Sequence record: OR352955.1
DNA from: Escherichia phage AV125
Direction: 5' to 3' (one strand)
DNA length: 64,000 bases
In this document: in pieces, positions 1 to 9,143 of the stretch
Layout: each line of letters begins with the position of its first letter
Numbering within the stretch: the stretch's first letter is position 1
Notes under the pieces: model-generated
What the model was told of the DNA's origin: nothing
Databases searched by the model: none
The model's input: the letters and a program-made list of their open reading frames with translations, nothing else
Program-made: the position numbers and the translations under genes

Positions 1-1
1 T

Positions 2-313
2 CATGAAGGTAATTTTATTGAAAACTTAGACGATTATGATTTTTCTCCTAGCGCGGACGAACGGATCGCCCAGGATGTAACAGCCTTTATTAATGCTAAT
101 CTTGCCGCTATCTCTGAGGCAATGAGCGACGGCGCAACAGCCAACCAGATCGGGAATGATTTACATTTTACCCGTAACGGTCACGGCGTAGGCTTTTGGG
201 ATCGCCCTGAAATATACACCACTAACACGGCGAACCGCCTAACCAATGCAGCTAAGTTTATGCCGAACGTGTCGGCTTACATTGGTGAAGATAATTTGAT
301 TTATATTGAATAA
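2..313 (+). CDS. hypothetical protein, 3' portion (gene begins upstream of window)
   Basis: Reading frame is open from position 2 with no stop until 313; track ORF 122..313 is the tail of it. Confidence 0.5.
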   Translation, partial: HEGNFIENLDDYDFSPSADERIAQDVTAFINANLAAISEAMSDGATANQIGNDLHFTRNGHGVGFWDRPEIYTTNTANRLTNAAKFMPNVSAYIGEDNLIYIE

Positions 314-319
314 AAAGTA

Positions 320-347
320 TTGACACAGATCGCCAGTGTGCTAATAT
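320..347 (+). promoter_or_regulatory. sigma70-like early promoter (TTGACA-N16-TAATAT)
   Basis: TTGACA at 320-325, TAATAT at 342-347; followed by CCACGTAGGGC element shared with promoter at 1629. Confidence 0.55.
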
Positions 348-394
348 TTACCACGTAGGGCGGCAATGGTGCCGCCGATAATGAGGAAAGTAAA

Positions 395-694
395 ATGGAA
401 ACTATCGCTATTGTTACCGTAGAAAAACTGGTTGTTGGTGATGTATTCGCGTTAATGGTGCCTAACAGCAGCAAGCTGGGCGCTTATGAAGTAATGGATC
501 ATAAAAATGAATCATTTGGCGACGGTTGCACAATGGCGGTAAAATCTTTAAAGGATGGAATCATCCGCCAGGCTAACTGGCACAAAGGGAATCAAGTCGG
601 TTTAATATCAGCTAATTTCTTGCCAGAAGAGCAAACGTTAGACCAACTATCAGGCGGTAAGACGTTAGCCGAACTACTGGAAACAGCGATCTAA
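395..694 (+). CDS. hypothetical protein
   Basis: 99-aa ORF with GAGGAAAG RBS upstream; no recognisable motif. Confidence 0.55.
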   Translation: METIAIVTVEKLVVGDVFALMVPNSSKLGAYEVMDHKNESFGDGCTMAVKSLKDGIIRQANWHKGNQVGLISANFLPEEQTLDQLSGGKTLAELLETAI

Positions 695-738
695 TCAACA
701 AAGGGGCGGCAACGCCCCACATCAGAAAGGAAAAGATT

Positions 739-975
739 ATGAGTATTGCAACAGTATTAAACGCCGTTAAAACCGCTGAATCATCCGGCTTGCATGTTGA
801 GCTTATAGATCAACCAGGTGGCGATCTCCTTGTCCAGGTTTACCCGCCGAAAGTAGGGGATGATTATTATTGGGCTTATTCTGATACGTTCGAACAAGTA
901 GACACGAAAGCGATCACGGCTTTTATTTTAAAAGCTATTGAAGAAAATAACTTTCATCATAACATCAATCAATAA
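739..975 (+). CDS. hypothetical protein
   Basis: 78-aa ORF, RBS AAGGAAAAG; preceded and followed by GC hairpins (GGGGCGGCAACGCCCC, GCGGGGCGGTAACGCCCC). Confidence 0.55.
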   Translation: MSIATVLNAVKTAESSGLHVELIDQPGGDLLVQVYPPKVGDDYYWAYSDTFEQVDTKAITAFILKAIEENNFHHNINQ

Positions 976-1029
976 ACCATAAGCGGGGCGGTAACGCCCC
1001 ATTAAACGCAATAGGAAGAGGATAGACGC

Positions 1030-1320
1030 ATGAAAAAGATGATCGCAGTAGTTGCCCTGGTTGTTGGTATTAACGCGCCTGTACTGGCTAATGAGTTGCC
1101 AGAATCCATCACGCTAACCGATATCAACGCAATAAACCGGATCGGCGTTAATTATCGCCTATGCCTTGCCGCTAAAACTTTCCAGGACGGCACGACAGAA
1201 TACCACGGATTCGAGGGTATCCGCTGCGGTGAGCTTGCACGCGACCTTAAGGAAGATCCAGACCTTGAGGCCATACCGATGACCGTAAACGGTAAAGCTT
1301 ACGTAAACCGCCAACAATGA
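1030..1320 (+). CDS. secreted or periplasmic protein (N-terminal signal peptide)
   Basis: 96 aa; N-terminus MKKMIAVVALVVGINAPVLA is signal-peptide-like; RBS GGAAGAGG. Confidence 0.55.
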   Translation: MKKMIAVVALVVGINAPVLANELPESITLTDINAINRIGVNYRLCLAAKTFQDGTTEYHGFEGIRCGELARDLKEDPDLEAIPMTVNGKAYVNRQQ

Positions 1321-1451
1321 GAAAGGTAATCATCACAATGGGGATCATAGTAGCGACACTGGCGCTTATCCCCTTCATGGTTGAATATGTGCTGATCAGT
1401 GTTGTCCTGGTAGTCAGTGACCTATTGGAAACGGTTGGCAACTGGTTTTAA
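1317..1451 (+). CDS. small hydrophobic membrane protein (44 aa)
   Basis: ATG overlaps upstream stop (ATGA); translation MRKVIITMGIIVATLALIPFMVEYVLISVVLVVSDLLETVGNWF is one predicted TM segment; below track size cut-off. Confidence 0.4.
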   Translation: MRKVIITMGIIVATLALIPFMVEYVLISVVLVVSDLLETVGNWF

Positions 1452-1628
1452 AAATAAGAAAAACAGGACTTGTTTTTGTTCTGTTTTTTGTTATACTTAT
1501 TGAACGGGCGGCACCTGGAAGCAGGGGAAGATAATCACCGGAAGACCCCGCTATATATTGATAACTAACGCCTATCAAACAACAAAACATCAAAGGAATA
1601 AACTATCAAATCTTTACAATTCTACCTA

Positions 1629-1657
1629 TTGACACCGGATCACGCTTACACTATTAT
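1629..1657 (+). promoter_or_regulatory. sigma70-like early promoter (TTGACA-N17-TATTAT)
   Basis: TTGACA 1629-1634, TATTAT 1652-1657, then ATCACGTAGGGC; near-identical to promoter at 320. Confidence 0.6.
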
Positions 1658-1703
1658 TTATCACGTAGGGCAAACAATTTTAAACGGTAAACGAGGAATC
1701 ACC

Positions 1704-2087
1704 ATGAGCAATATCATCAACCTGGCAGCGACTGTAAACGGTAAAGACTTTAACGGCGCTGTAGACCGTGATCCTATGTGGTGCTTGTCAGTGTTTAAAG
1801 GCGATCTGGTTGAAGTTAGAACAACCGAAGGTTATAGCGATGATTATAAATGCGAGATTCATTTACATAATTGGTACACGGGTAAAACTTATGCGCTGAA
1901 TCACGCGTTTATCGGGAAAATTGAATATCGCGAGATGATCGACGATGAAACGGGGCAAGATTTTAGCGAAAACGTTTATATTCGTTCCGAGACATTAGCC
2001 GAACGTTTGATCGAGAAAATGAAAGCAAAAAATAAAATTAATTTATCTCATTGGATTGATATAACAAATGATCCGGCTTATCAGTAA
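1704..2087 (+). CDS. hypothetical protein
   Basis: Track ORF 1629..2087 would overlap the promoter; internal ATG at 1704 has RBS GAGGAA (MSNIINLAATVNGK...), 127 aa. Confidence 0.55.
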   Translation: MSNIINLAATVNGKDFNGAVDRDPMWCLSVFKGDLVEVRTTEGYSDDYKCEIHLHNWYTGKTYALNHAFIGKIEYREMIDDETGQDFSENVYIRSETLAERLIEKMKAKNKINLSHWIDITNDPAYQ

Positions 2088-2103
2088 ATAACATTTCATA
2101 CCA

Positions 2104-2130
2104 GGGCGCATCAAGCGCCCTTTCTTTTTG
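2104..2130 (+). terminator. rho-independent terminator
   Basis: GGGCGC-atcaa-GCGCCC hairpin followed by TTTCTTTTT. Confidence 0.7.
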
Positions 2131-2134
2131 CCCG

Positions 2135-3648
2135 AATAATGTTGATAGCTTTCGCCTATGAAAAACCGACACAGAACAAAACTGAATAAATCACGGTATC
2201 GAGCTAATCGACCATTAAACGAATAACCATACATCCCAGGGCAACAGGCTGTTAGAGAGCTATTTAGAGCGGTTAAAATCGATCAACAACCAACAACAAA
2301 CCATCAAAAACACCCTTTTACCTCTTTTCTAGTGCAATGATAACCATTATCATCTATCATTGATTATCTATTCAATATAAGTGCATAACTATAATGTTGA
2401 TAATAGTTCGCAACAACTAACCAACAAACAACATAAAACAATAAGCAAACTAATCATAATCAAAGGAATAATAGCAAGATGACTGATAACGACAAACAAT
2501 CAAACCATGATGAATATTAAACAAGATAACGATAACACGACAAAACAACCAACTAACGAACAATAACAAACGAAACCATTAAAAGATCAACTATTAGCAA
2601 AATAGTGTATATTGCCATAATAGTGACTGAATGAAATCATTACAAAACGAATCATTCCAAGGATCATCATTAGCACGCTACGCCGGACACGTAGCGAGCT
2701 AATAATAAGCCAACTACACCCCAACAATCATAACCATCGGTGATGGTTATTTCTTGTTACTGCGTAGCTTGCAATAATTGCAAGCGTAATGACGCTTACA
2801 CTTATTGCGCTGGCTTATTATTAGCATTATATGTAATTACTAAGATCATAACATTAGCGCAATAACAATAATCATTGTAATAGTTACAAGATGAGATCAT
2901 TAGCAAGATGAATAATTGCACGTAGCAACATGAGCGAATAGCGACAGGTTGCATAGTGTGCACATAGTGTATAAACATACAAGAAAATAAAGGCTAATCT
3001 TTTGGGGGCGAATACTATCGCTACGCGATATGTTGAGCACCTTCTCTTAAACGTAAATAAAATCAGAATAATCTTGATTTATTTTAGTTTTTATGTTAAT
3101 AAACGTTTAAATAATAATCATTCTCATATAAATAATAGTCTGCTTGTCATGAGCGGGATCAGTTGACAATGTTCCGTCATATGATGAAGTTGCCAAACCA
3201 TTGATAAATAAGTGTTTGTGTGATTTATAATCAAGTGGCCCACCTTGTCGCTACGTTGGTATGAGCCTTGCATAAGTCATTGAATACGAATGATAATTAT
3301 TCTCATTCGTATGATATTTGGGAATTGTCGCTGCGTGGACCTGACGGCCCGAAAATTCGCGTTAAGCACTTCTTACGTATGCGCCATGATTTTTGCCATA
3401 TGATATTGATTCTATTAGATATTCTTGCCATGATTGCCATGAAACAGGGTGTCCCGAAATAATCTCTCCCCGTAGATATTTTGGGTTACTTTTTATACAA
3501 GAGTGGGGTGTCAAAAATAATCGGTATATATAGGATAATTGATAGGAATCCCCTATGATAATTCGATTGTAATTCCCTAAGATTGATCGTATGATGTTGG
3601 TGATTGATGATTGCCATGAAAGATGGCTAACGATGAGAGGAGATTGTC
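2135..3648. other. 1.5-kb ORF-free region with strand compositional skew and short direct and inverted repeats
   Basis: No plausible ORF; 2280-2620 is A/C-rich and G-poor on the plus strand; recurring ATTAGC, TATGAT(A/G)TTG, GATTGCCATGAAA and GGGTGTC-N3-AAATAATC motifs; palindromes at about 2675-2705 and 3285-3325. Confidence 0.6.
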
Positions 3649-3993
3649 ATGCAAGAGAGTAAAAATGTTCCGTTGAGTAGTTTACGTCTAATGAAGTTTT
3701 ACAAAGCTTGGCTTGCTGGTGAGGTAGAAGGTCACACAACGAGTGGTTTGTGCATATGTTTGATTAAGTATGTAGAGGGAACATACCCTGATGAACTGTT
3801 ACCTCGTCTACAACAAGAGATGAAATCACAGTTTATTGGTGCAGGATTGGATTACAATTTCCCGTTTAATGAAGGTGGTTATGAGGAATACACCTTTGAA
3901 CATAAAAAACATATTTGCCATAAAAACAAACATCGTATACAATGGGTGCTAGATAGAATTCAAGATTATGAAGGAGAGAAAGATGACAAATAG
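3649..3993 (+). CDS. family A small protein (paralog 1 of 7)
   Basis: 114 aa; motifs FYKAWLAG, TSGLCICL, DYNFPFN, RIQWVLDRI shared with six other ORFs. Confidence 0.7.
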   Translation: MQESKNVPLSSLRLMKFYKAWLAGEVEGHTTSGLCICLIKYVEGTYPDELLPRLQQEMKSQFIGAGLDYNFPFNEGGYEEYTFEHKKHICHKNKHRIQWVLDRIQDYEGEKDDK

Positions 3994-4351
3994 TATTCCG
4001 TTGAGCAGTGCAACATTGCTTCGCTTCTATAAAGCATGGATTGCCAACTATCCTGCAATGAATCGCACAACGAGTGGCTTATGTGGTTGTCTGGTAGACT
4101 ATGTAGATGATTTTGTTGGTGATACACCTAGAGAAGAAGATAGAAAATGGCGTGATCATTTGTTGGACCGTTTGAAATATGAAATGAGGAAACAATTTAC
4201 ATGTGCAGGACTGGACTACAATCTTCCGTTCAATGCAGATTGCATGGATTACCTTTCAGAGTGTATAAACTTGGCGTGTCATACCAACACGTTACGTCTT
4301 CAGTGGGTGAAAGATCGGATTGAAGATGCAAATAATGCTTGCATTGAATAA
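3983..4351 (+). CDS. family A small protein (paralog 2 of 7)
   Basis: Start moved to ATG 3983 (RBS GGAGAG); FYKAWIAN, TSGLCGCL, DYNLPFN, RLQWVKDRI. Confidence 0.7.
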   Translation: MTNSIPLSSATLLRFYKAWIANYPAMNRTTSGLCGCLVDYVDDFVGDTPREEDRKWRDHLLDRLKYEMRKQFTCAGLDYNLPFNADCMDYLSECINLACHTNTLRLQWVKDRIEDANNACIE

Positions 4352-4400
4352 AGATGTTTGTATAATGGATGACATAACAGATAGCCAATGAGGAGATGAA

Positions 4401-4610
4401 ATGAAGAATTTGAAAACTGTCACAATGTTCTTGACTGATCCTACACGTGTGCAAGCACTGGCTAAAGCCAGCCGTGTAGCTGTAGAATTCCAAAACTTTA
4501 AGCCGTCCGTTGTGACAGGCAGTGAAACGTGTGTTATCGATTTCATTAACGAATACTTCCGAGGGAATCCGGTTGGTCGTTACTTTATTAAGGGTCTGAA
4601 GGATGCATAA
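4401..4610 (+). CDS. hypothetical protein
   Basis: 69-aa ORF, RBS GAGGAG. Confidence 0.5.
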   Translation: MKNLKTVTMFLTDPTRVQALAKASRVAVEFQNFKPSVVTGSETCVIDFINEYFRGNPVGRYFIKGLKDA

Positions 4611-4833
4611 CATGAAACGCATGAAAATTCGTATTGAGAATGATGGTGGTTATAAAGGATTGGCACATGCAAAATTTCCACTTGTGTTGGAAGCTACTGT
4701 GGAATACAGTGGGCTTGCTCATGTGCGATTCTCGAAGATGATGGAAGTGCAGGAATGGTTTTGGGACGAGATAGATGCACGAGAAGGGGAAGATTATGTT
4801 TTCTTTCCTCACGAATATGAAATTGTCTATTAA
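4603..4833 (+). CDS. hypothetical protein (paralog of 8920..9141)
   Basis: 76 aa; C-terminal EWFWDE...EGEDYVFFPHE matches EWFEED...EGCDYVFFSDE in 8920..9141. Confidence 0.5.
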   Translation: MHNMKRMKIRIENDGGYKGLAHAKFPLVLEATVEYSGLAHVRFSKMMEVQEWFWDEIDAREGEDYVFFPHEYEIVY

Positions 4834-4836
4834 GGG

Positions 4837-5085
4837 TTGTGTGCAATGATCACACCACAACAGAATGAAGCAGCAATGGATCTTCTCGATAGTTTGTATT
4901 TCGATAACTGGTACTCTGAATGTGAATGGATGAATATGCAAACTCTGAAAGAGAAGACAGAAGCGTTGATTACAGTAGATCAATTTCTTGCAGAGACGGA
5001 AAGAATGAATTATGATATGGCATCTCGCGCACGACGCGTTTCCATTTTCAATAAAATGTTAGCATTATGGGGAGGTAGAAAATGA
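4837..5085 (+). CDS. hypothetical protein
   Basis: 82-aa ORF in compact array. Confidence 0.45.
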   Translation: MCAMITPQQNEAAMDLLDSLYFDNWYSECEWMNMQTLKEKTEALITVDQFLAETERMNYDMASRARRVSIFNKMLALWGGRK

Positions 5086-5543
5086 GACAACCATCTATAC
5101 TGGAAGCGCATGTGCAATGTGTTGTAGATTATGTCAAAGAACACTCAAGTTTATTAAATGTAACCTGTGCAGTGCAAAATGATGTAGGCATTGTCTGTGT
5201 GCAACATATCTTATCTGAAACTCGTTATGAAGTATTTCGTGCCACGTTGTTTGGATGTGATCGAGTGCATGTAAACTTCCTGGACTCCAATTATCGTTAT
5301 GCTTTAGAAAATATTGATGATTATCTTCCTTGCTCTCCGACAGGATATGTAATGGTAACAGCAAACGAAGTAACACCAAGCAACAGTGAACGGGAAGCTT
5401 TGTTACGGAAGAAAATACGCCAACTGAAAATGCTGATGGAAATGCAAGAAGAGATTGAAAAAGAACTGAAAGAAGATTTTGGTATGCTTCCAAAAGACGC
5501 TTTGAAATGGTATGATGAACTAGGAGGAGAGAGCAATGTTTAA
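5082..5543 (+). CDS. hypothetical protein
   Basis: 153-aa ORF, start overlaps upstream stop; C-terminal charged coiled-coil-like segment. Confidence 0.55.
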   Translation: MRQPSILEAHVQCVVDYVKEHSSLLNVTCAVQNDVGIVCVQHILSETRYEVFRATLFGCDRVHVNFLDSNYRYALENIDDYLPCSPTGYVMVTANEVTPSNSEREALLRKKIRQLKMLMEMQEEIEKELKEDFGMLPKDALKWYDELGGESNV

Positions 5544-5994
5544 AGAAGGTCATGTCTACCGTTTCCAGGATGAGGATTATATGCGACTATATTCTACCTT
5601 TGATAACAGTATTGCGGCTATCATTGGAGAGAATTTTTTCGAGGTGTTGAGCACTGATGCAAATGGTAATATCTTGTCAATGGTTGTAATAGGTATGAGA
5701 GATGGTATTATCACTGCTGGTGATGGGGATCGTTACATAATCAATTCTGCTCATATAGATTATTTTGTTGACGGTGGTGTTCGTGGTGGTCGTGGAAAAC
5801 CCCAAGAAGAACCTGTTGATACAACAAAAGAAGAGTGGTATGTTGTAATGACTGATGACACCTGTATTTCTGGATTTGAAAGTTATGAAGAAGCTTTGAA
5901 AGAAGCAGCAGAGCATAAAATGGCTAATCCTACAGAAGAGGTTGAAGTTTATAAACGTATGGTTGTTGCTACCATCGGTGTATCTTTTGTTTAA
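5536..5994 (+). CDS. family B protein (tandem paralog 1 of 3)
   Basis: N-terminus MFKEGHVYRFQDED shared with next two genes (MFKVGFVYNFKSED, MFKANAVYCFKSKA); internal I(I/T)(E/A)AG motif. Confidence 0.6.
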   Translation: MFKEGHVYRFQDEDYMRLYSTFDNSIAAIIGENFFEVLSTDANGNILSMVVIGMRDGIITAGDGDRYIINSAHIDYFVDGGVRGGRGKPQEEPVDTTKEEWYVVMTDDTCISGFESYEEALKEAAEHKMANPTEEVEVYKRMVVATIGVSFV

Positions 5995-6006
5995 AAGGGG
6001 AATGTT

Positions 6007-6792
6007 ATGTTTAAAGTAGGTTTTGTTTATAATTTCAAATCGGAAGATACCAAAAAGAATTTTGGTAAAGCTAGTATTGGTAACGCTTTCTTTGTAGGTT
6101 GCATTCAAGATAGCAAGTTTAAAGTTTTGGATGTTGATTTTCTTGGTTCTGTATCTAAGGTGAAGGTATTAGACACAAATAAAATCATCGAAGCTGGTTC
6201 TGGGCTTTTCCCTGAAGGTTATAAGCTTGTAAGTTGTATGGATTATACTCGTTTTGAAGAACATACTCCTGAAGATTATGAAGATTCTCCTACAGGAGGC
6301 TGTGTCTTTGTAGAAGGTGGTGTCTATAAGTTTGCAAGTGAACAAGATCGTAAGCTTTTCGCCAATTATATTGACGGCGGACAAACGACAAACAATGTAA
6401 ACCGAAAAATTTCCGATCTTATTGGCGATGATCCTTTCGTGATCACAAAGATGGTTGGACAAGATGTAACAGCAATCCGTAGGCTTGTATGTAATACAAA
6501 TCATGTAGCAGGTGAAGGCTGGTTCAAGGAAGCTTGTGCGCTGCTAATCAAAAGCGATAACCCTTATTTTAAAAATATTAAAGATGTTGTTGAGCCTAAA
6601 CAAGAGGAATCCGCAGCGAATTTTAAACACTATGCTATTGTTAAAGGTATGAATGTCCAACTGGTGTCACATTCTTACGAAGAGATCGCCACAGAAGCAA
6701 AAAAGATGAAAGAAGAATACCCAATTTCTACTGTTGAGATCTATGAGCGTATTGGTGTTGTTAGTATTGAGCCTACTGCGGTAATAAAATAA
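6007..6792 (+). CDS. family B protein (tandem paralog 2 of 3, longer)
   Basis: 261 aa; N-terminal domain paralogous to 5536 and 6802 genes. Confidence 0.6.
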   Translation: MFKVGFVYNFKSEDTKKNFGKASIGNAFFVGCIQDSKFKVLDVDFLGSVSKVKVLDTNKIIEAGSGLFPEGYKLVSCMDYTRFEEHTPEDYEDSPTGGCVFVEGGVYKFASEQDRKLFANYIDGGQTTNNVNRKISDLIGDDPFVITKMVGQDVTAIRRLVCNTNHVAGEGWFKEACALLIKSDNPYFKNIKDVVEPKQEESAANFKHYAIVKGMNVQLVSHSYEEIATEAKKMKEEYPISTVEIYERIGVVSIEPTAVIK

Positions 6793-6801
6793 GGAGCTAT
6801 T

Positions 6802-7239
6802 ATGTTCAAAGCTAATGCTGTTTACTGTTTCAAAAGCAAAGCTGCATGTGAAGCTTTCTCTACAATCTCTGATGAAAATTTCAAAATGGCAGCTTTGATT
6901 GAAGGGTCTTGTTTCCGCGTCGAAGATGTTAGTGAATCAGGATCTGTTTGCTCGTTGACTTTATTGGACAGCGGAGATATTATTGAAGCTGGACAGTATC
7001 CGTTCAGAAGTTGGGAGATATTGTTAGCTCGTGGAGAGCGTAACTTTTTTATGTGCGTGTCTGCGGGGGAAGTTGTGAAAGAAACTAAGGATGTTTCTGT
7101 TTACAATTCTGAATTTATAAGTTATAGTGAGTATCAACATCTGGAAGGCATTGTTGGTCACTTGTTATCTCTGATTGACATTGAATGTGACTTGCCTGAA
7201 TCATTGAAAGAAGAGTTGAAAGCATTAGATCTGCTGTAA
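6802..7239 (+). CDS. family B protein (tandem paralog 3 of 3)
   Basis: 145 aa; MFKANAVYCFKSKA...DIIEAG. Confidence 0.6.
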   Translation: MFKANAVYCFKSKAACEAFSTISDENFKMAALIEGSCFRVEDVSESGSVCSLTLLDSGDIIEAGQYPFRSWEILLARGERNFFMCVSAGEVVKETKDVSVYNSEFISYSEYQHLEGIVGHLLSLIDIECDLPESLKEELKALDLL

Positions 7240-7266
7240 TGTTCCGCACAACGAAAGGAGAATAAA

Positions 7267-7566
7267 ATGAATCTGACCGAACAGTTACGCCGTATTGCAA
7301 AAGAAGCTTCCTTCAACTTCCCTGTTGAAGAAGTGATCGAGACATGTTTTGCTGAAGCACGAGCGGGAAACTCTTCAAGAAATTTCACGCCATCTGATTT
7401 TGGTCTGGATAATTCCCCTACCCACCCAGGGGAGATCTACAATCAGGTGAAGTGGATGGATGAAGCAGTAGCAATTCTTCGTGAGCGTGGGCTTATTGTT
7501 TATAAAGAAATGGATCTGAACGGGGCATACGAGTGGATCACTATTGATTGGTCGGAGGTGAAATAA
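7267..7566 (+). CDS. hypothetical protein
   Basis: 99-aa ORF, RBS AAGGAG. Confidence 0.55.
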   Translation: MNLTEQLRRIAKEASFNFPVEEVIETCFAEARAGNSSRNFTPSDFGLDNSPTHPGEIYNQVKWMDEAVAILRERGLIVYKEMDLNGAYEWITIDWSEVK

Positions 7567-7775
7567 TGGTTACTATCACATTGACAGTTACACAAGAGCA
7601 AGCAGAAGAATTACGTGATGCAGTGGCATACATGGGACGCTCTTATTATATGCCTTATAAATCACAAGATGTTTTTGCTACAGCCATTGAGAAAGCTTTA
7701 AACAAATATCGAGAAACTCATGCCGTTCCTAAAGTATCGGCGGAAGAGTTTGGCACTTGGCACGAAGTTCACTGA
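7566..7775 (+). CDS. hypothetical protein
   Basis: Start taken at ATG 7566 (RBS GGAGGTG); 69 aa. Confidence 0.5.
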   Translation: MVTITLTVTQEQAEELRDAVAYMGRSYYMPYKSQDVFATAIEKALNKYRETHAVPKVSAEEFGTWHEVH

Positions 7776-7785
7776 GGAGGTTTCG

Positions 7786-8019
7786 ATGAAAGGTAACAAG
7801 ATGAAAGTTAATCAAGTGCCGAGCGCATACACTTTGTGGCTTGCGCGAGCGTTACACCAGACGATCAAAAACCCTAAGAAGCCAATGAAGAGCGGGAAGA
7901 AGTTTATGTCTAAGGGCAAAACAACCTTTGGCTTCACTCGTATGTCTGTTAAGATGAAAAGACTGGGGTACAAGCCAAACTACGCTCGTTACCCTTCTGA
8001 ATACAACTGGTTTGACTAA
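7786..8019 (+). CDS. basic small protein
   Basis: Start at ATG 7786 (RBS GGAGG); Lys/Arg-rich 77 aa. Confidence 0.5.
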   Translation: MKGNKMKVNQVPSAYTLWLARALHQTIKNPKKPMKSGKKFMSKGKTTFGFTRMSVKMKRLGYKPNYARYPSEYNWFD

Positions 8020-8032
8020 AAGGAGGAAGATT

Positions 8033-8209
8033 ATGGCTACTTTTCAACAATTGAAAGATGTTTCACGTTTAGTAAGAAAAATCCGAGAAGCAGACGCTGC
8101 TGTGCGGAATGCATTAACGCCAGCAGAGCGTGAAGATCTTGAAGAGGAGGTTAAAACAGCCGAGAATGCTTTTGCTGTGTATCTTTCAACACTGTACACA
8201 GGGGGTTAA
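8033..8209 (+). CDS. hypothetical protein
   Basis: Start at ATG 8033 (RBS AAGGAGGAAG); 58 aa. Confidence 0.5.
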   Translation: MATFQQLKDVSRLVRKIREADAAVRNALTPAEREDLEEEVKTAENAFAVYLSTLYTGG

Positions 8210-8524
8210 ATGTCAGAAGAACTTAAAGAATTTTATCAAGCCTATCATAATTGGCTGTTAGCTGGTGCTCCAGATAATAATCCTTTCTGGCACGATAAAG
8301 GTTTGTGCAGTTGCCTCTATCTTTGGTCTGGTGGTTATGATGACCTAAATTATGAAATGCAAATGCAATTTCGAGAAGCAGGATTGTCTGAAGAATACCC
8401 GTTTGATGACGGAGACTGGTTTAAATATGATTTTGCACAAAGAAACGGGCTATTGCATTTGAATGCTGCCCGTATAAGATGGGTAAAAGATCATGCTACA
8501 CAGGAGGATGTGCAATGCCAATAG
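8210..8524 (+). CDS. family A small protein (paralog 3 of 7)
   Basis: FYQAYHNWLLAGAP, KGLCSCL, EEYPFD, RIRWVKDH. Confidence 0.7.
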   Translation: MSEELKEFYQAYHNWLLAGAPDNNPFWHDKGLCSCLYLWSGGYDDLNYEMQMQFREAGLSEEYPFDDGDWFKYDFAQRNGLLHLNAARIRWVKDHATQEDVQCQ

Positions 8525-8715
8525 TGTTTAGTTTCTTGGTAATTGTTATGGTTGTTCTTTTCGCGGCATGGCTTTGGGATTTTGACCCAGGAGCAGCGCA
8601 GCAAAGAGCTACAGACTGGAAAGAACAATGTATTGTGCTCAAACATGAACGAAATGCAGAGAAATTTCTTGACCTGGAGTGTGATCGCCTTGTAAGATAC
8701 AAGCAAGACAAATAA
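8515..8715 (+). CDS. small membrane protein
   Basis: Start at ATG 8515; MPIVFSFLVIVMVVLFAAWLW is one predicted TM segment. Confidence 0.45.
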   Translation: MPIVFSFLVIVMVVLFAAWLWDFDPGAAQQRATDWKEQCIVLKHERNAEKFLDLECDRLVRYKQDK

Positions 8716-8729
8716 CCTTGAGGTGCAAA

Positions 8730-8918
8730 ATGGTAATTGAGATTAAACTTGAGTATGCTGGCGCTGTTGCTCTGATCGCACAAATGCTTGGAGCAAAGAT
8801 TGAAGAAGTGTATATCAACGCTTGGAGCGTAGAGATTGATGTTCCTATGGACAACATTGCTAATCGCTTGCTGGTGGCAGAGTGTGAACGCACCAACATA
8901 ATCTACAAAGGAGCATAA
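8730..8918 (+). CDS. hypothetical protein
   Basis: Start at ATG 8730 (RBS GAGGTG); 62 aa. Confidence 0.45.
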   Translation: MVIEIKLEYAGAVALIAQMLGAKIEEVYINAWSVEIDVPMDNIANRLLVAECERTNIIYKGA

Positions 8919-8919
8919 T

Positions 8920-9141
8920 ATGAAAATTAGAGTTTGTGATGTATTGGGTTATGTTGGTTTTGAGAATGTTCAGATTCCTTTTGTTGTTGAAGCACATCTT
9001 GTTAGTGAGGATATGACAACATTCTTTGTTACGATAGAAGAAATGTCCAAAGTTGAGGGATGGGAGTGGTTTGAAGAAGATGTTTGGGAAGGTTGTGATT
9101 ACGTATTCTTCTCTGATGAAGTGAATGTTCTTTCGGAGTAG
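8920..9141 (+). CDS. hypothetical protein (paralog of 4603..4833)
   Basis: Shares EWF...DYVFF C-terminal motif with 4603..4833. Confidence 0.5.
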   Translation: MKIRVCDVLGYVGFENVQIPFVVEAHLVSEDMTTFFVTIEEMSKVEGWEWFEEDVWEGCDYVFFSDEVNVLSE

Positions 9142-9143
9142 GT

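Noticed and set aside
3268-3462. 64-aa ORF inside the long non-coding region
   Set aside because: No RBS, overlaps the repeat motifs, and the translation is low-complexity; the region is better treated as non-coding.
2135-3648. CRISPR array
   Set aside because: The repeats are short, of several different kinds and irregularly spaced, without uniform repeat-spacer periodicity; no cas genes are present.
4230-6108. Track ORFs on the minus strand inside the plus-strand early block (4230..4622, 4292..4546, 4588..4983, 5134..5553, 5321..5536, 5677..6108 and similar ones further on)
   Set aside because: They lie antisense to a continuous array of plus-strand genes with good RBS spacing and start-stop overlaps, have no RBS of their own and low-complexity translations.
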